This document shows positions 51,701 through 64,000 of a stretch of DNA of 64,000 nucleotides, piece by piece. This DNA comes from Balanoglossus misakiensis (lineage: Eukaryota; Animalia; Hemichordata). Below the pieces are notes generated by a model that made no database searches, had not been told where the DNA came from, and saw only the letters and a program-made list of their open reading frames with translations. The DNA lies in the NCBI GenBank assembly GCA_040954595.2, contig CM082585.2, positions 5,047,808 to 5,111,807 of the forward strand, in the 5' to 3' direction. The position numbers and the translations under genes were made by a program. Each line of letters opens with the position of its first letter. The first letter of the stretch is position 1.

Positions 51701-54700
51701 GTAGTAAAATTTTACTTTGGAAGTCAATTGTGACTACCACATTTATAAATTGGCAGCCAGCCATGCAAACTTGGTAGTCATACTAGACTTACATCGGGGA
51801 CTTCAATAATGGATAATGCACTTTCCAGTCGAATTTTCTCAGGTTGGTGGTTTCTTGGTTTAAACATTCTGACATATCTTTCGTGTTCTTCTTCTAATTC
51901 TGCTTCTTCATCTGAAAGTAACATCAAACAATGGTATGATGAGCATTATAAAGGGACATTACGTGTAACTTTTAGCTTTATTTTCAGTATTTTTTTTCTG
52001 TGTATCAAATGCAATTTCTCGTTCTACACCAAACGGCGTGCTAAAAGACCCAGTACTCAGCTTGTCAACATCTCCTGTATGTGTGTAACGGCCATTGTTG
52101 TTGTTGACAAATGAATTCTAGTCCGGACTTGAATTCAAACTTTGCAAAATAACAATTCTGACTAAACACATATATGTTGTGTGAGACCTGTTAAACCTGC
52201 ATATAGTAAATAACACAAACTATTACTACCAGTGTTCTCTCCAGAGCAATTAAAGCATGGCGCCACCACTCTTTAATTTTTAAGAAGACAATAGGAAATA
52301 ATTAACATAACAAGTGTTTATATTGTTATGCAAATTAGCTGCCGCGTTTCCCCTAAATCCTGGGGAGAACACTGACTATCTTTACATAAAACTACTTACC
52401 CGATAAATGATTATCAATGACGGTAGTATAGCTACTGGTGGTACACCTACTGGTGGTGTATCGACTGTATGGTGTCGTACTACCAGTCAGTCTTGGTGTA
52501 TGCAATGGTTCGAGTTCTGTTCGTCTGTGCTTCTTCAACATAAGTCTATCGGCATAACTCAGCGTGTGTTCTTTGAATTCAATATCCACTGGTGTTACCA
52601 ACTCCCGAGATGGCTCCGCTTCACTTGATGTTTCAGTCACTATAATAACAGAGGGAAGAACGACGCGGTTTATGAACAAAAACTTGACAGATTGAAACAT
52701 TATGTCTGGTCGAGCCGTATTTGCAAGGTACATGCATCTTAAGGGGTGTTTGCATGGAACCGGCAAGACTGTCAGAGCTGTATTTCCCATTAAAGGCAAT
52801 ACGGAAACCTCTATAAACCATATGGAACAACCGGAATGTATTCTTTAACAATTTTTAAATAAAAAGTCTTTTGCTCAAGTGTATATGTCTGTTGGGTACA
52901 TCATAAAGCCAAGATGTTTAACCCTTTCACCCCCAGTTCCCTCTTCTGAGGTCCAACCTTACCATTAGAAAACAATGTGTTTGGACTGAACCATAGTCAT
53001 GAAAAGGGTTCAAGACTGACCTGCTGGTTTGGATGACGGAGATAGACTCGGTGGAGTTGTCTTGTTGGAGGAGGCCGGTTTTCGTCCCTGTCTCCACTCG
53101 GACAATGCAGCGGCAAAAGCAGCTGCATTCTCTTCCTCGTTGTAAGAACCACGCAACAATGAACCGCCGGCGTTCGATGCAGCACTTCCATTGGCACTGG
53201 AGTCGTCAGATCTCTGCAAAATGACGGTCATATTACACATCTTCCCCAGGGTTTTGTTAAAGGGACAAAGTCTCTCTCTCTCGCTGCCCTTTTTCCATTA
53301 ATTATGTTTGATACAAGAGACTGTTTATGTTATTCGACATGTGGATATATAGTGAATCAATGTTCGACCACACACAAGTTTCATTCTGCTTGTATGATAT
53401 GAAAGTAAAAACATGCCCAAAATGAATAAATGGTAGAGAACAATTATTCATTTTGGCGTGTTTTGTCACTCGTGTCTACAAGTGGGATGGAAGTTGTGTG
53501 TGGTCAAATGTTGATTCACTATATATCCACATGTAGAATAGCATAAACGGTGTCTTGTATCAAACAACTAATAACAGCTAAAAGGGTTGCGAGAGAGAGA
53601 GTCTTTGTCCCACGTAAATGTTACCAGGGTTCCTCAGTCATTCAGAGGATTTTAGAGGATAGGGAATATATTTGAAGTATTTTAATGTGGAAAAAATTGG
53701 TGAAATTTGGCAGCTATAGGGGCTTTAATACTTACTTGTATTTTCGATGTAGCTGGCAGATATTCTAAACTATGAGATGAGCGAACACTGCCACCACTTG
53801 TTGTCAAACTTTTGGACGGTGAGGAACTGTGAGTAGAAAAAGAATATAATTGTTAGGGAATAAAAAACAAAATCTATTTTGTTTTCTTTTGAAAGATACT
53901 TGCTAGGGTAGTCATGTACATGTAATACTATTTCACAGTGAAAGACATTGTTACTGTAAGGAGTCGACCAACTGATATTTTTGATATTTTATACCCTCCC
54001 AGTAAATAATAAATGTTGATAATTACCTGTCATATGCACCTTTGCCACGATTTGCCTGAAAGTGTAATGATAGAAGAAAATGAATGGCTATAAAGTACAC
54101 TTGCTGCAGATTGTAAATGTATATGCTTAATACACAGAATCACTGTCAACGTCACCTATTTAGAAAAGAGCTTGGAGATGAAAAGGTAAGAATAAAATGC
54201 CAGATTTCATATTTGAAGAGCACAGCTTACCTGAAATGGGACAGATCTGTGTTTTCTGAGAGCGCCTTTGAGATGAAATTGAGCAAAACAGCCAGCACAG
54301 TAATCCTCCCCACATTCCATACAAGACTGTAGAAACATGAAATGTACATCAATTATTAAACATGCAACTTGTTTATAGTTTGCTGGTGGGAAGTTTTCAA
54401 TCTCTCCTTTCCCGGAGAATTCTCTACAGGAATCTGACAATGTGTTATTCAGTTCTATGGTTTATCCATTAAAAAAATAGCAAATACATGCAATTGCATT
54501 TGTGCATTCTACAAATTTACCTGGAACCACCGTGTTCGGACAATCATCTTTGTATAATGGAATATGGTGTTCTATAGGTACAACATATTTTTTAATATCT
54601 CAATCAAAATTTCTTAATCATGACCAGCACTTGTGAAAGCTCTTGTACAACTTTTAATCCTATTCTATTAAACTGGAGTGCAGTGTAGTGAAGTGCAGTG

Positions 54701-57700
54701 TAGTGTGATGTAGTGTAGTGTAGTGCAGTGTGATGTAGTGTAGTGTAGTGTGATGTAGTGTAGTGCAGTGTGATGTAGTGTAGTGTAGTGTGATGTAGTG
54801 TAGTGTAGAGTAGTGTAGTGTAGTGTAGTGTAGTGTAGTGTAGTGTAGTGTAGAGTAGTGTAGAGTAGTGTAGTGCAGTGTAGTGCAGTGTAGTGTAGTG
54901 TAGTGTAGTGTAGTGTAGTGTAGTGTAGTGTAGTGTAGTGTAGTGTAGTGTAGTGTAGTGTAGTGTACTGTAGTATGGCATACATATACCCAGTACAGTA
55001 AGTTGCAGTGCAGTGTTGTGAAATGCAGTTATGTTATACATGTCTGTGGCGGGCGCTTACCAAAGCTGCTGCCTTTTGTTCACACTGTCCACACACTGGA
55101 CCCTTCATGGATTTACTGCTTCTGCTTGAAGTGACTAAAGGCTTGGACGTTGATCTCTCTGGTTTATCTGTGAGAAAAAGAACATTTAATTAACACAGTT
55201 TAGTGTCCAGCCAACTATTGCACTTCCATGTGTTCTAGAGACCAGTCGACTTCTAACCCTTTCACCACCATGGTTCAGCCCAAACCTATTGTTTTCTACA
55301 GCAAGGTTGGACCTCTAAAGTGGGAACAGGGGGTGAAAGGGCTAAACCAACATAATGTGCTGATGATGCGAAACTGTCCAAAAAGCAAGAAATTCTTGGT
55401 ACTGCATGAACAGACCGAAGATTCAATACATTTCCTACATACATTGACTCACTGGAGGACACATTGAGTGTACATGTAATCAAGACTGTTTTCTTTCTTA
55501 AAGATTATTGTCAACTGGTACAATTGCTGACTGAACTTTGTTTAAACTTACCTAGAGGCTCATCTTTCAGAATCTTTATCTTTTTGGGTTTCTGCAAAAT
55601 AACGATGGCAAATGGTCATTTTTATAACAACAGAGTTGTACAGATTTGTGTGATTACAGCAGGCCAGTCATCAATGTTTTGAACAGAACGTTTGGAGGCT
55701 TGAGGACGAATGATTAGTGAATGCACAACAGGGATCATGGCTTGATCGTATTTTTGACGTGACCACCAAAAAAAAAATACACCAAAATCATGTGCCTATA
55801 CTTCAGTAATAATCAAACAATGTAACCACAGGAATATCGACATGGTTAGTTGCATTATGTGTCAAAGGGGTTTGTGTTACTCATAGTAAAGATAGAATGG
55901 ACATTTTCTATCTGTCAGTATTGACACAGTGACAATCTAGTGGACTTTTGGTCAAATATATATATTTTTTTTGCATCAAATAACCATTTTTCACCTAAAC
56001 GTAATTGAGACAGCTACCGGTACTATGTAACATGATTGGGACACAATGAAACTTTTAAAAAGTGCTTTGAAATAAACATGATTTTTGAGCATGGTGATTT
56101 CACTTGTAGATGTACATGTATAATACTGTATGGTAAATGAACTCTATTCTGACCTTCTCATTTGACTTATTCGACTTTGATTTGACATTTTTCTTCAAGA
56201 CTTCATCCGCATGAGTCGTCAGTGCACCTGGCTGTCCAGCATTCCAATAATTTCCACCTTGTCGTCTGAAATAAGAACATTACATGTCAAACCCCTCTTA
56301 GTGGCCACCTCTATATAGTGGTCACATCTATATAGTGGCCACTTTGTTACAGTCCCTGTGCAATTCACATGTGCATTAATAACCTCTATATAAAGGTCAC
56401 CTCTCTATAAAGGCCAGTTTTGGAAAGTTCCTTGACTGGCCACTAGACAGGTTCGACTGTAAAATGTGGCTTTCTTGAGTTGAAAGTGACTCGGTTATTT
56501 CATTTGCAAACAAATATTATTTAACCCGAGACTACGCTCAACTTGTCATCTTACATCTGACATGATAGGTAAGGTGACGTCTTTCACTTGCGCTGCGCTG
56601 TATTCTTTATGACGGTGACACTGGTGACAGCATAGAGAATATGCAAGTAAAAGACATCACCCAACCCTACATCTGATTTTAATCAGATTGACTGATGGAG
56701 TCAGTACAACTCGGCTGAAATTGGAATAACTGTACTGCTTCACGCAATTCATGACTACACTGTGAAGACCTGTTTGAATTATTATAGGTATAACATACAC
56801 GTTGATCAATGGGTCAAAGGTCAATGAGGCTTTTGAGCTACTAGACAGCTAAGCTAATAGACTACAAAACATAATCTGTGTAACTACAACATTACACACA
56901 GAGTAACTGCACAATATATTTTGCTGATCACAACAAACGAAACATATGGGTGTGGTCTCTTTTAACTTACTCTCTTTCTTCTTTTTGTAAACTCATTGTG
57001 AGTTTCAGTTCTCGAAGTCGTTCTTCCATCTGACGACTGTCGGCCTCCAGCTTCTTCGTGTCAGTTGCCTTGATGCCCCTGCAAAAAATGTCACATACAA
57101 GTCTCTCATTATATTTTTATATTTGGGACACGTCATCAATGAATCCAACACAGGACCTCCTACTAAGAAAAACCTTCTCTGACCAACAGTCAACACTTGG
57201 GAATTTCTACTGACAGACCAAATATTGTAGATGCCATTTGAGTTCTACGGTAAATAAAGAAGTGACTTAATATGCTCATGCTGTAGCAACAATCAAAAAC
57301 AGTGTGAAGACACACCCAATAACTCCTAACAATAACTCTCTGAATTGTGATATACGCAGGTACATGTACATGTATATGTTAACTACATGCATTCTCATGG
57401 GTTTACAATTCTCAACCTCATGGTTTTTGGGTGGAATGTTAGAAATCGCACTCGACTGTAATTTAAATTAACCAACACATTCACAATCTTATAAACTTCC
57501 TTGGACACCATAGTTGCTCATACATTTTCCCTTTTTAACATTCTGTTAAGATGAATATACTAATTGGTATATTCATGTTAACTTTGTTATACCCATACCA
57601 GTTGCATGCATGGCTAAATATCCACCACGCCCCAATGAAAAAAATTAATATCTTGACTTACTTGACTTTCATGGAGAGTGAGTTATCTTTTGTAGATGTT

Positions 57701-57720
57701 GTGAACTGTGGATAACTCAT
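48792..57720 (-). CDS. ZBBX: Zinc finger B-box domain-containing protein, ~927 aa; exons 57720-57662, 57078-56971, 56265-56154, 55591-55552, 55167-55061, 54326-54231, 54055-54027, 53826-53736, 53213-53021, 52639-52400, 51911-51793, 51430-51330, 51056-50461, 50039-49407, 49051-48792
   Basis: N-terminal coiled coil ([28 protein letters not shown]), W..G..G, KIKILKD, B-box [83 protein letters not shown]. All are ZBBX-conserved blocks. The 2784-nt spliced frame is open. Confidence 0.92.
51148..51317. mobile_element. Half copy of the palindromic TTAA MITE
   Basis: ttaa|agggacaaagtctctctc..; truncated near the element centre. Confidence 0.7.
51476..51666. mobile_element. TA-flanked MITE
   Basis: tactgtaaaaagggaaatttt ... 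aaaatttcctattttacagta. Confidence 0.6.
52230..52374. mobile_element. Short MITE with CAGTG termini (hAT-like)
   Basis: cagtgttctctccag ... ctggggagaacactg. Confidence 0.5.
53261..53612. mobile_element. Palindromic TTAA MITE (Kolobok-like) in a ZBBX intron
   Basis: ttaa|agggacaaagtctctctc ... gagagagtctttgtccc. Confidence 0.8.
54677..54973. repeat. (GTAGT)n pentanucleotide microsatellite
   Basis: Visible directly. Confidence 0.95.
56281..56461. mobile_element. Tc1/mariner-type MITE remnant
   Basis: gtcaaacccctcttagtggcca ... ggcccactagacaggttcgactgta, with internal ggccacctctatata repeats. Confidence 0.5.
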
Positions 57721-57963
57721 GTTGGATTTTTCTTTCCTCCAAACACTCTCAATAGATCTTGCCACAATGTCCTGCATCAAAATCAAACAAATTACATGTA
57801 CATGTTAAACCCTGTCATACAATGAAACTCTGATTGGCACATACATCGTTGCCCAAAAATATTTGCTGAGAAACGATTCGTGCGAGCAGCCCAGAGTATG
57901 CTCAGGTAGTATGCCTGTATGTGTATGGTACCATATATTTGCATCGCCTTTACTTCTGATTTG

Positions 57964-57977
57964 GTTTCTATGGCGAC
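57964..57977. promoter_or_regulatory. RFX X-box-like motif GTTTCTATGGCGAC upstream of the ZBBX ATG (half-site CCATGGCAAC at 58091-58100)
   Basis: Near match to the X-box consensus, next to a cilia-associated gene. Not functionally verified. Confidence 0.4.
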
Positions 57978-59242
57978 ACATGGAACATTACCCGTAACGT
58001 GCAGTACATAGACTAGTTGTATGTGTGTTTTTACCAATTTGACCCTGCTGTGTCAACTGGGCAGCTCAAGGCTTAGTCACACAGAGAAAACCATGGCAAC
58101 ACCTCCATGTTGACGCCCCGTAGGGTAGTCACAAGCTGCGTGCTTTCTGTACACAGATCGGTGACGGGCCAGAAGCTCACAATGACAAGTCATGAGCTAC
58201 AAAATGTATCACGAGCTTCTTTAATTTCACCGACAACTTGTCCTAATAATTTCACCAACCATTATTGGCATGAATGGGGGGGGGGGGGGGGCGCCATGAT
58301 TGATTGTAATGTACATTGGCCCGTACATTGGTTGGAGTCTCCGCCGACCTGACCTTAAATCTACTGAAATTTTGTGGGGGTTTTAGATTTTTTTCTAGTT
58401 ATACAGGCGTATACCCCGGTTGTCATTCTTCCCGAATAAACTAGACGGACCCTACAGTCGCGTCCGTTATAAAAATGTGTCTGATCCTGTGCGAATATCG
58501 CCATCTCAAATATTCACGTACAAAAATTTCGAGATCGGCTATGCAGAATTCATACCTTACCACTTACTTTTATTGTTTCCACGTGTCACACGTCAAAATT
58601 TCGTGGAACTTTATCCTGGCGCGAGCCCGGTTGGCAACTTTTATCAGTCCAACAACTTCGGTAAGCAACAGAACTTGTTTTCAGTCACCATAACAAATAT
58701 TCAAACATGGCGGACGCGTAATCTCGCATATTGCGAGATGTTGTTGGTCGCGAGATATCCCGTGAATGAACCACAGCTGCAGCCAGACACCGCCCCAGGT
58801 CTCCGTCAGGAACCATGCACAGCAGGATGGAATCATGTAAACATCAGTTCACTATATCTCTACAGCATCTATGATTCAGGTGTTGTTTTACGTATAACTT
58901 CTGTGCACATCACAGGCTATTAAGTAGCATGTCACCTTGCACTTCCGGTATTGGGGGGGGGGGGGGTACGGGTGATGGATCGAGAGCCTGATGAGATGAG
59001 AGCTAGAGAAATTATCTTTGCATCAGAATTTTACCATATAATAGCCTGGATGGACCCTATTCAATGTAAAAATGTGGTACTGATTCCAAAATAGTCAGTG
59101 TACACAATTTGAGACAAAAATACAATATTTTTGTGTTATTCTCGGGCGCGGGCTGACGTCATCATGTAGGGCGCCCTCTAAGCGCGGTGAAAACAAATAC
59201 ACAGTGCAGAGGAACATGTGTGGCAGGCGAGCGCGCGTAATA

Positions 59243-60200
59243 ATGGCGAAGACGTGTACAGGTGTTTAACCGAAGCTAGGTGAACCAAACCCCAATTTCA
59301 ATACTCTGAGAGTCTGCCAGAGAGCGCTACAACTTCAAGTTACAACTTGTTGACCTAGGATTTTGTCCCTTCAAGGCAGCTGGAGCGACAATGTGAACGA
59401 ATGTTGAATGGCCTTCTGCGTCTGTGCACTGATTTGACCTGTATCTCATTGGAACTCAGGTCAGTTTTTTTCTGGATGTTCGTACCGAAATCTAGACTTA
59501 TTAACACTTCAGTTGATAACGTTTTAACTCGTGATACCAGACGCATAATCATGTTTGTGGTGTCAACTTACTATATCAAGCCATGTAGGGAGTGTGATCA
59601 CGTGCATGTGCAACTGTTTTTATATACTTAGTGAGTAGGCCTACTAGGCTAGAATTAGAAATACAGACCAATGATCTTTTCACCACCTTATTCTGTGGAC
59701 GAAATTTCTATTGCTTTTTTTGGCTGATATCCTTTTCAGTCTGACATCATGTCATAGAGTGATAAAATATCACTGAATTACACGTGGTGTGATTTGGTTG
59801 ACACATGTGGCTATCATTTTATGATGATTGTCATTTTTTTATATCAAAATGATAAATGGCAGTATAATATACCTTGGTAATATTTTCAATTTGTACTTTG
59901 AAATACTGATAAAAATATGTATTACAGGTTTTATAATGTATGAATCTAAATTGCTAGCTACCAATTTGTATTATAATTTATTTTCAGAAGTTTATTCTAT
60001 GGAGGCAGCAGAGAATTACAGAAGTCTTGAAGGTCACAGATATTTTACTCCTGGATGGATTTAAACTGTCCGCCACGAATCATCTAATGGAGTGTGTCCA
60101 TCATGAGAGCTCAAGTGCGACCATCAATGCACGTGATAAAAAAGGCATATCCCCACAATGCGTGGTGGCACTGAAGAACATGGGGAAAGTCATCTTACAG
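59243..60200 (+). pseudogene. Decayed N-terminal part of ISL2EU ORF2 (normally a YqaJ/lambda-exonuclease protein)
   Basis: Fragments ERYNFKLQLVDLGFCPF, WSDNVNE.WPS..YLIGTQ (donor 59460), then from acceptor 59988 VYSMEAAENYRSLEGHRYFTPGWI*TVRH, IMRAQVRPS..PHNAW, VALKNMGKVI, with stops and frameshifts. No exonuclease portion was seen. Confidence 0.6.
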
Positions 60201-61195
60201 TGAGCAACGGAAAACTTCTGGCCTTTTAGCAAACTTTATCTTTGATGCTTTCAATGGGATAAAGGGGTCATATCAAGAGGCAATAGCCATGACATTCACA
60301 AGTATGTACTCTATACGGTATAGCTCTCATTGAGCGAGGTTTAAATTGGCTGAGGACGAGGTTGCATTTTCACCAATCGCCTTTTCCCTCTTTGTTTAAC
60401 CAATCACTGCCTTAGTTACTCATCCTCAGGAGGAGGGAAAGTCCCGTAGCTCATTCGAGCGGGAACAGCCAGTGTGAGTGTTGCGCCCCACTCAGCTCTT
60501 TGCCCCACCCTCCCACCTCTTATTTATTTATTTATTTTTGTTGTTGCTGCAATGTAATATTTACTGCTTCATACATTATCACTGTGCATTTGTATTTGAA
60601 GCATTTGCTGCCTGCCTTTTTATTGGCAATTTTGTAAGTTCTGCCTCTTTCACAGGCCTGCTTTATGTATGACCGGGGGGGGGATTTCGTAGTATGTAAG
60701 GACTAAGGTCCAGTAGTTTAGTATTAAAGTTTACCCCCCAATGTTGACCCAACATCTGTGTTTTGTGTTTGCTTGCTCTTAAGAAAGTGAGGAGGAAGTG
60801 AGGTTTAACCAGACTTTAATACTCTCAATATTGTCGATAAGGTCAATTACTGATGTGTAAAACTTCTGGCCTTTTAGCAAACTTTATCTGTGATGCTTTC
60901 AATGTGAGAAAGGAAATGTTATACCTACATACTCCTCACAATAAAGAATGTTTTCCCCACCACTGGACTTATTTAAAGCTTATGTGTCTTATAAGCCCAA
61001 GGGACTGGATGTGGCAAGTTTTTTGTTTTGCTGTTATTATCAAGTATTTATATGAAAGTATAAACTGTAAGTCCACATAGGACACATGAATAAATAAATA
61101 TAACAATATACAGTACATTTTACAAGATTTATTAAGTTTTATTTTGTTCAAATAAAGATTTATAAAATCTAATTTTACTCTATCCTTCGTGGACA

Positions 61196-63263
61196 TTACT
61201 CTTGTTTAAAAACTATTCCCTCTCCAAGATTGACAAGAGCAGCACATGCATGTAAAATCCTATCTACGCTGGCAATTTCAACCTGCTCTTGTTCGTCTTT
61301 GATTGATTTAATAACAACAATTGGAAGGGTACCACTCAAAATGTGATAGCGGTTCTTCAACAGTCCTATAACTCTTTCTACATGGATGCGAATGTTGGAA
61401 ATCTGCCGCGAAGTCTCAACTTCCTCTGCAGAAAGTTGGTCTTTCCCCTTTGTAAACGCAGGAATGATAAGTTCCACCCCATACATAGCAGCAAGATCCT
61501 GAAGCGTAAAACCCCTGTCTGCCAAAATTTGGTCACCTGGCATATGTTTTCCAGGAGCAAAAAACCCACTATCATCAACCAATTTTACATCAGACACTCG
61601 ACCACCCCATGCTGACGACAAAAAAGTGATAGCCCCCAGGGGTGAGCAAGCGAGAAAAACTTTAATGGTGTTATGTGACTTGTATGTAGAATAAGTTTGT
61701 GCACGTGCTAAAAAGTTGCGTGGCTGCTCAATAAATATCTCAAAACAATCTATTAACATGGTTAGTCGAGGGTATTTTGCTTTGAAATCATGGGGCAGAG
61801 TAGAACGAACAGCATCGGGATCAGGCATTTTTACAAGGAAACTTAATTTTGCGTACATAACATCAACCCATTTCCAAAAATAACCTCGAATAGTAGTTTC
61901 CCCAAACCCAGTTTGATAAGCTATATACTCAAATGGTAAATTAAATCTAAGCTTGGTAAGTGTAACAAAAAACTGGTCAATTAACGGCATACTTTCTTTT
62001 GGTGCAACAGAAACAAATTTAGTCAAGAACAAAAATGTTGTGTAGAATGTAGTCCACGATAAACCTGTAAAAAACTGACTCTTTGTGTTATTTTCTTTAA
62101 CTGAAGATGACGACAATTTGAGCCCCTCAAGCTTTTTCACCGATTCCCTTGCTTCATCACGCTCAGCACGAATAAATTGATTTTCTGTTTCTAATTCTTT
62201 AAGCGATGACTTTAAACTTAAAATTTCAGCTTGTAACTTTACACAAGAATTACATTTTAAAGAAGATGAATCAAGTGGGTTTAGTCCATGCGAAGTAGGA
62301 AGTGGTGTAGCAAGATCATCATCCATGACGCTTGAATTTTCATTTACAGGAAACAATTCTCTACGGCTAGTAGTAGGACCTTCACGTTTCACCTGCTCCT
62401 TTTTAACGTTACGTCTGTACCGCTCAAGACTTTGTTGTTGTCTTTTGGCACTACAATCCCCGGAACGATGACAGAACACCGACGGTACCCAATCAGGATG
62501 TGTTTTGTCACGGAAAGAAGCAGGTTTCCCTGAAAAAGAAAACAAATTCAAACATTCAGTATCATCATTTTATTATAAATATTTTTTTATCAACAATTGC
62601 AATTCCAGACTGATGAAAAACATAAACTGGCACATACACACAAGTGACACCCACCCACCCACACATTACATTTGGCCATACACAAGTTCATTTGTTCTGT
62701 TTGAAATGTACTTCATAAGAGATAATTTGCTCTCAAGACCCATAAATGTGCCAGTACTTGTCTACCACATTAAATCACGTTGTTCCTGGCTACTCCATGC
62801 GGACATCGACACGGGGGGGGGGGGGGGGGGGGGCTGTGGGACTTCCGCATATTTTGGAACATGACGATCGGTCGTTAGCCGGACACTCGCGCGATTAGCG
62901 CAAACAGTGATCGTGATTTGAACTCAAATTTGACATCTTTTTTAAAGTTTGATAAGAAAAACAGATAATATCTAACGCAAGGCGTGAAGTTGACACACAC
63001 ACCACTCGATTCAAGGTCAAAACAGTTTCACTTTCAGTGAATATAAAAAATATTTCACCTGATAAAAAATGATCGCCACACAAGACTGCGTGTTTCCCGG
63101 GACTCCATCTTGATCCGTCTCGGTTTTCTTTCCTAACGATCTGGATCCACCGATCACGTCGCTCTCGGGAGGTGTTTGCGTTAGGAAACTTGTGGAAAGA
63201 CACTTTTTTGTCCTTCAGCAAGTTGTGGTTGCTACAGCCAACAGCTTCACAAGATTTAGGCAT
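61196..63263 (-). CDS. THAP-domain Harbinger/ISL2EU DDE transposase, 512 aa; exons 63263-63059 and 62529-61196
   Basis: THAP: MPKSCEAVGC..SFHKFP..W..LCGDHF..PDWVPSVF. Then coiled coil, HTH (DQFFVTLTKLRFN) and catalytic motifs IDCFEIFIEQP, ILADRGF and RIHVERVIG. The frame is intact. Confidence 0.92.
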
Positions 63264-63410
63264 TGTAATGCAAATCGAGATGCAAATCACACGGAAACAA
63301 GTATGCGTTTGCCTTCGTTTACGCTGTACGCCAACGCCGATTGTGTGTTTGTTTTCACCGCGCTCACTCAGAAGAACAAAAGTACCCGGATGTCCCGCGC
63401 CCGAGAATTA

Positions 63411-63622
63411 GGGGAGGACCATTTTATTTCTGAGGGGTGATCATGGAGGATGGGGGGGGGGGTGTTGTGTTGGCAGATGATGTGGAGGAAAAATGCTCCT
63501 TGCAATGTTTTTGGGGAAAAGGTGGACTAGCAATACATTTGCTGAAACATTGGCTGGAAAATTTGCCGACATAACAAAAATTTCCAGCCACTCCACCCCC
63601 AGAAATCAAGTGGTTCTTCCCT
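63411..63622. mobile_element. MITE abutting the ISL2EU right end
   Basis: ggggaggaccattttatttctgaggggtg ... cacccccagaaatcaagtggttcttccct (imperfect ~29-bp TIR). Confidence 0.6.
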
Positions 63623-63781
63623 TTGCTCCACCCCCACCCCCCCCCCACCCCGTATCACAGAGAAGAACCCACAAATGCAGATTAGGAGACCTAAGACTAA
63701 ATGCAGCTTAACCAATTGCCTTTAATCGTTTATTAGACTTTCAGAACAAGTAAGATTTGAACTGCATGAAATCTATAAGTA

Positions 63782-63962
63782 ATGGCCACTTCAAGAGAGA
63801 GTACTCATCATCAGTATAAGGTTGAAGTATTGAAAGAAGGGTACTCCAAATGTCTAGAGAATGGTGACCAGATTGCAAATGGAACGATTTCCTTAATCCT
63901 CGGTCCACACAACATTATTGTGGACACAGGAAATCCATGGGATGGCAGCGAAATTGTTGAAG
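63782..63962 (+). CDS. MBLAC1: Metallo-beta-lactamase domain-containing protein 1, first coding exon (continues beyond the window)
   Basis: MATSRESTHHQYKVEVLKEGYSKCLENGDQIANGTISLILGPHNIIVDTGNPWDGSEIVE matches the MBLAC1 N-terminus (Y.V.VL..GY..A.G..TL...I.VDTG.PW). Acceptor at ~63744, donor at 63963. Confidence 0.8.
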
Positions 63963-64000
63963 GTAATAAGAATTTTAGCTTGGTCTCCATACCAGTTTTT

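Larger units (their letters stand above)
59140..63406 (-). mobile_element. ISL2EU-type (PIF/Harbinger group) DNA transposon, fully bounded, ~4.27 kb
   Basis: Perfect inverted ends at|tctcgggcgcggg (59138-59152) and cccgcgcccgaga|at (63394-63408), i.e. a 13-bp TIR with AT TSD. Encloses a THAP-DDE transposase and a convergent decayed ORF2. Confidence 0.88.

Noticed and set aside
58420-58923. 167-aa plus-strand ORF
   Set aside because: Non-ATG start, no motifs, and it spans the CpG-rich promoter-like region.
60300-60760. Penelope-like or LTR element with a hammerhead ribozyme
   Set aside because: ctgagga motifs are present, but no paired stems with a downstream GAAA, coding remnant or matching LTR could be shown.
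62895-63290. Separate THAP-domain host gene
   Set aside because: It splices in frame to the DDE exon and lies within the element's TIRs, so it is exon 1 of the transposase.

Overview
Eukaryotic, intron-rich, AT-rich genomic DNA. Gene content and repeat style suggest a marine invertebrate, probably a deuterostome (inference only). Hand-spliced gene models with GT-AG introns and consistent reading frames, left to right: (1) 3' exons of a GABA-B-like class C GPCR (+); (2) a 3-exon NEU1-like sialidase (-); (3) a 9-exon clan-2, CYP17-like cytochrome P450 with a duplicated C-terminal tail (+); (4) a 10-exon gene for a stand-alone NEURL4-type ADP-ribosyltransferase domain with no neuralized repeats (-); (5) a repeat-rich interval with a ~37-copy 92-bp satellite that has an RFX X-box-like motif in each monomer, plus a possible spliced lncRNA/microprotein locus; (6) an intronless 273-aa orphan membrane/coiled-coil gene inside a 3.3-kb tandem duplication, with additional decayed 5' fragments; (7) a 15-exon ZBBX gene (-); (8) a fully bounded ISL2EU (PIF/Harbinger-group) transposon with TIRs, AT target duplication, an intact THAP-DDE transposase and a decayed second ORF; (9) the first coding exon of MBLAC1 (+). 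There are many MITEs and microsatellites, and apparent TA-transposon excision footprints. All assignments come from reading the sequence and recalled family motifs; no database searches were run.
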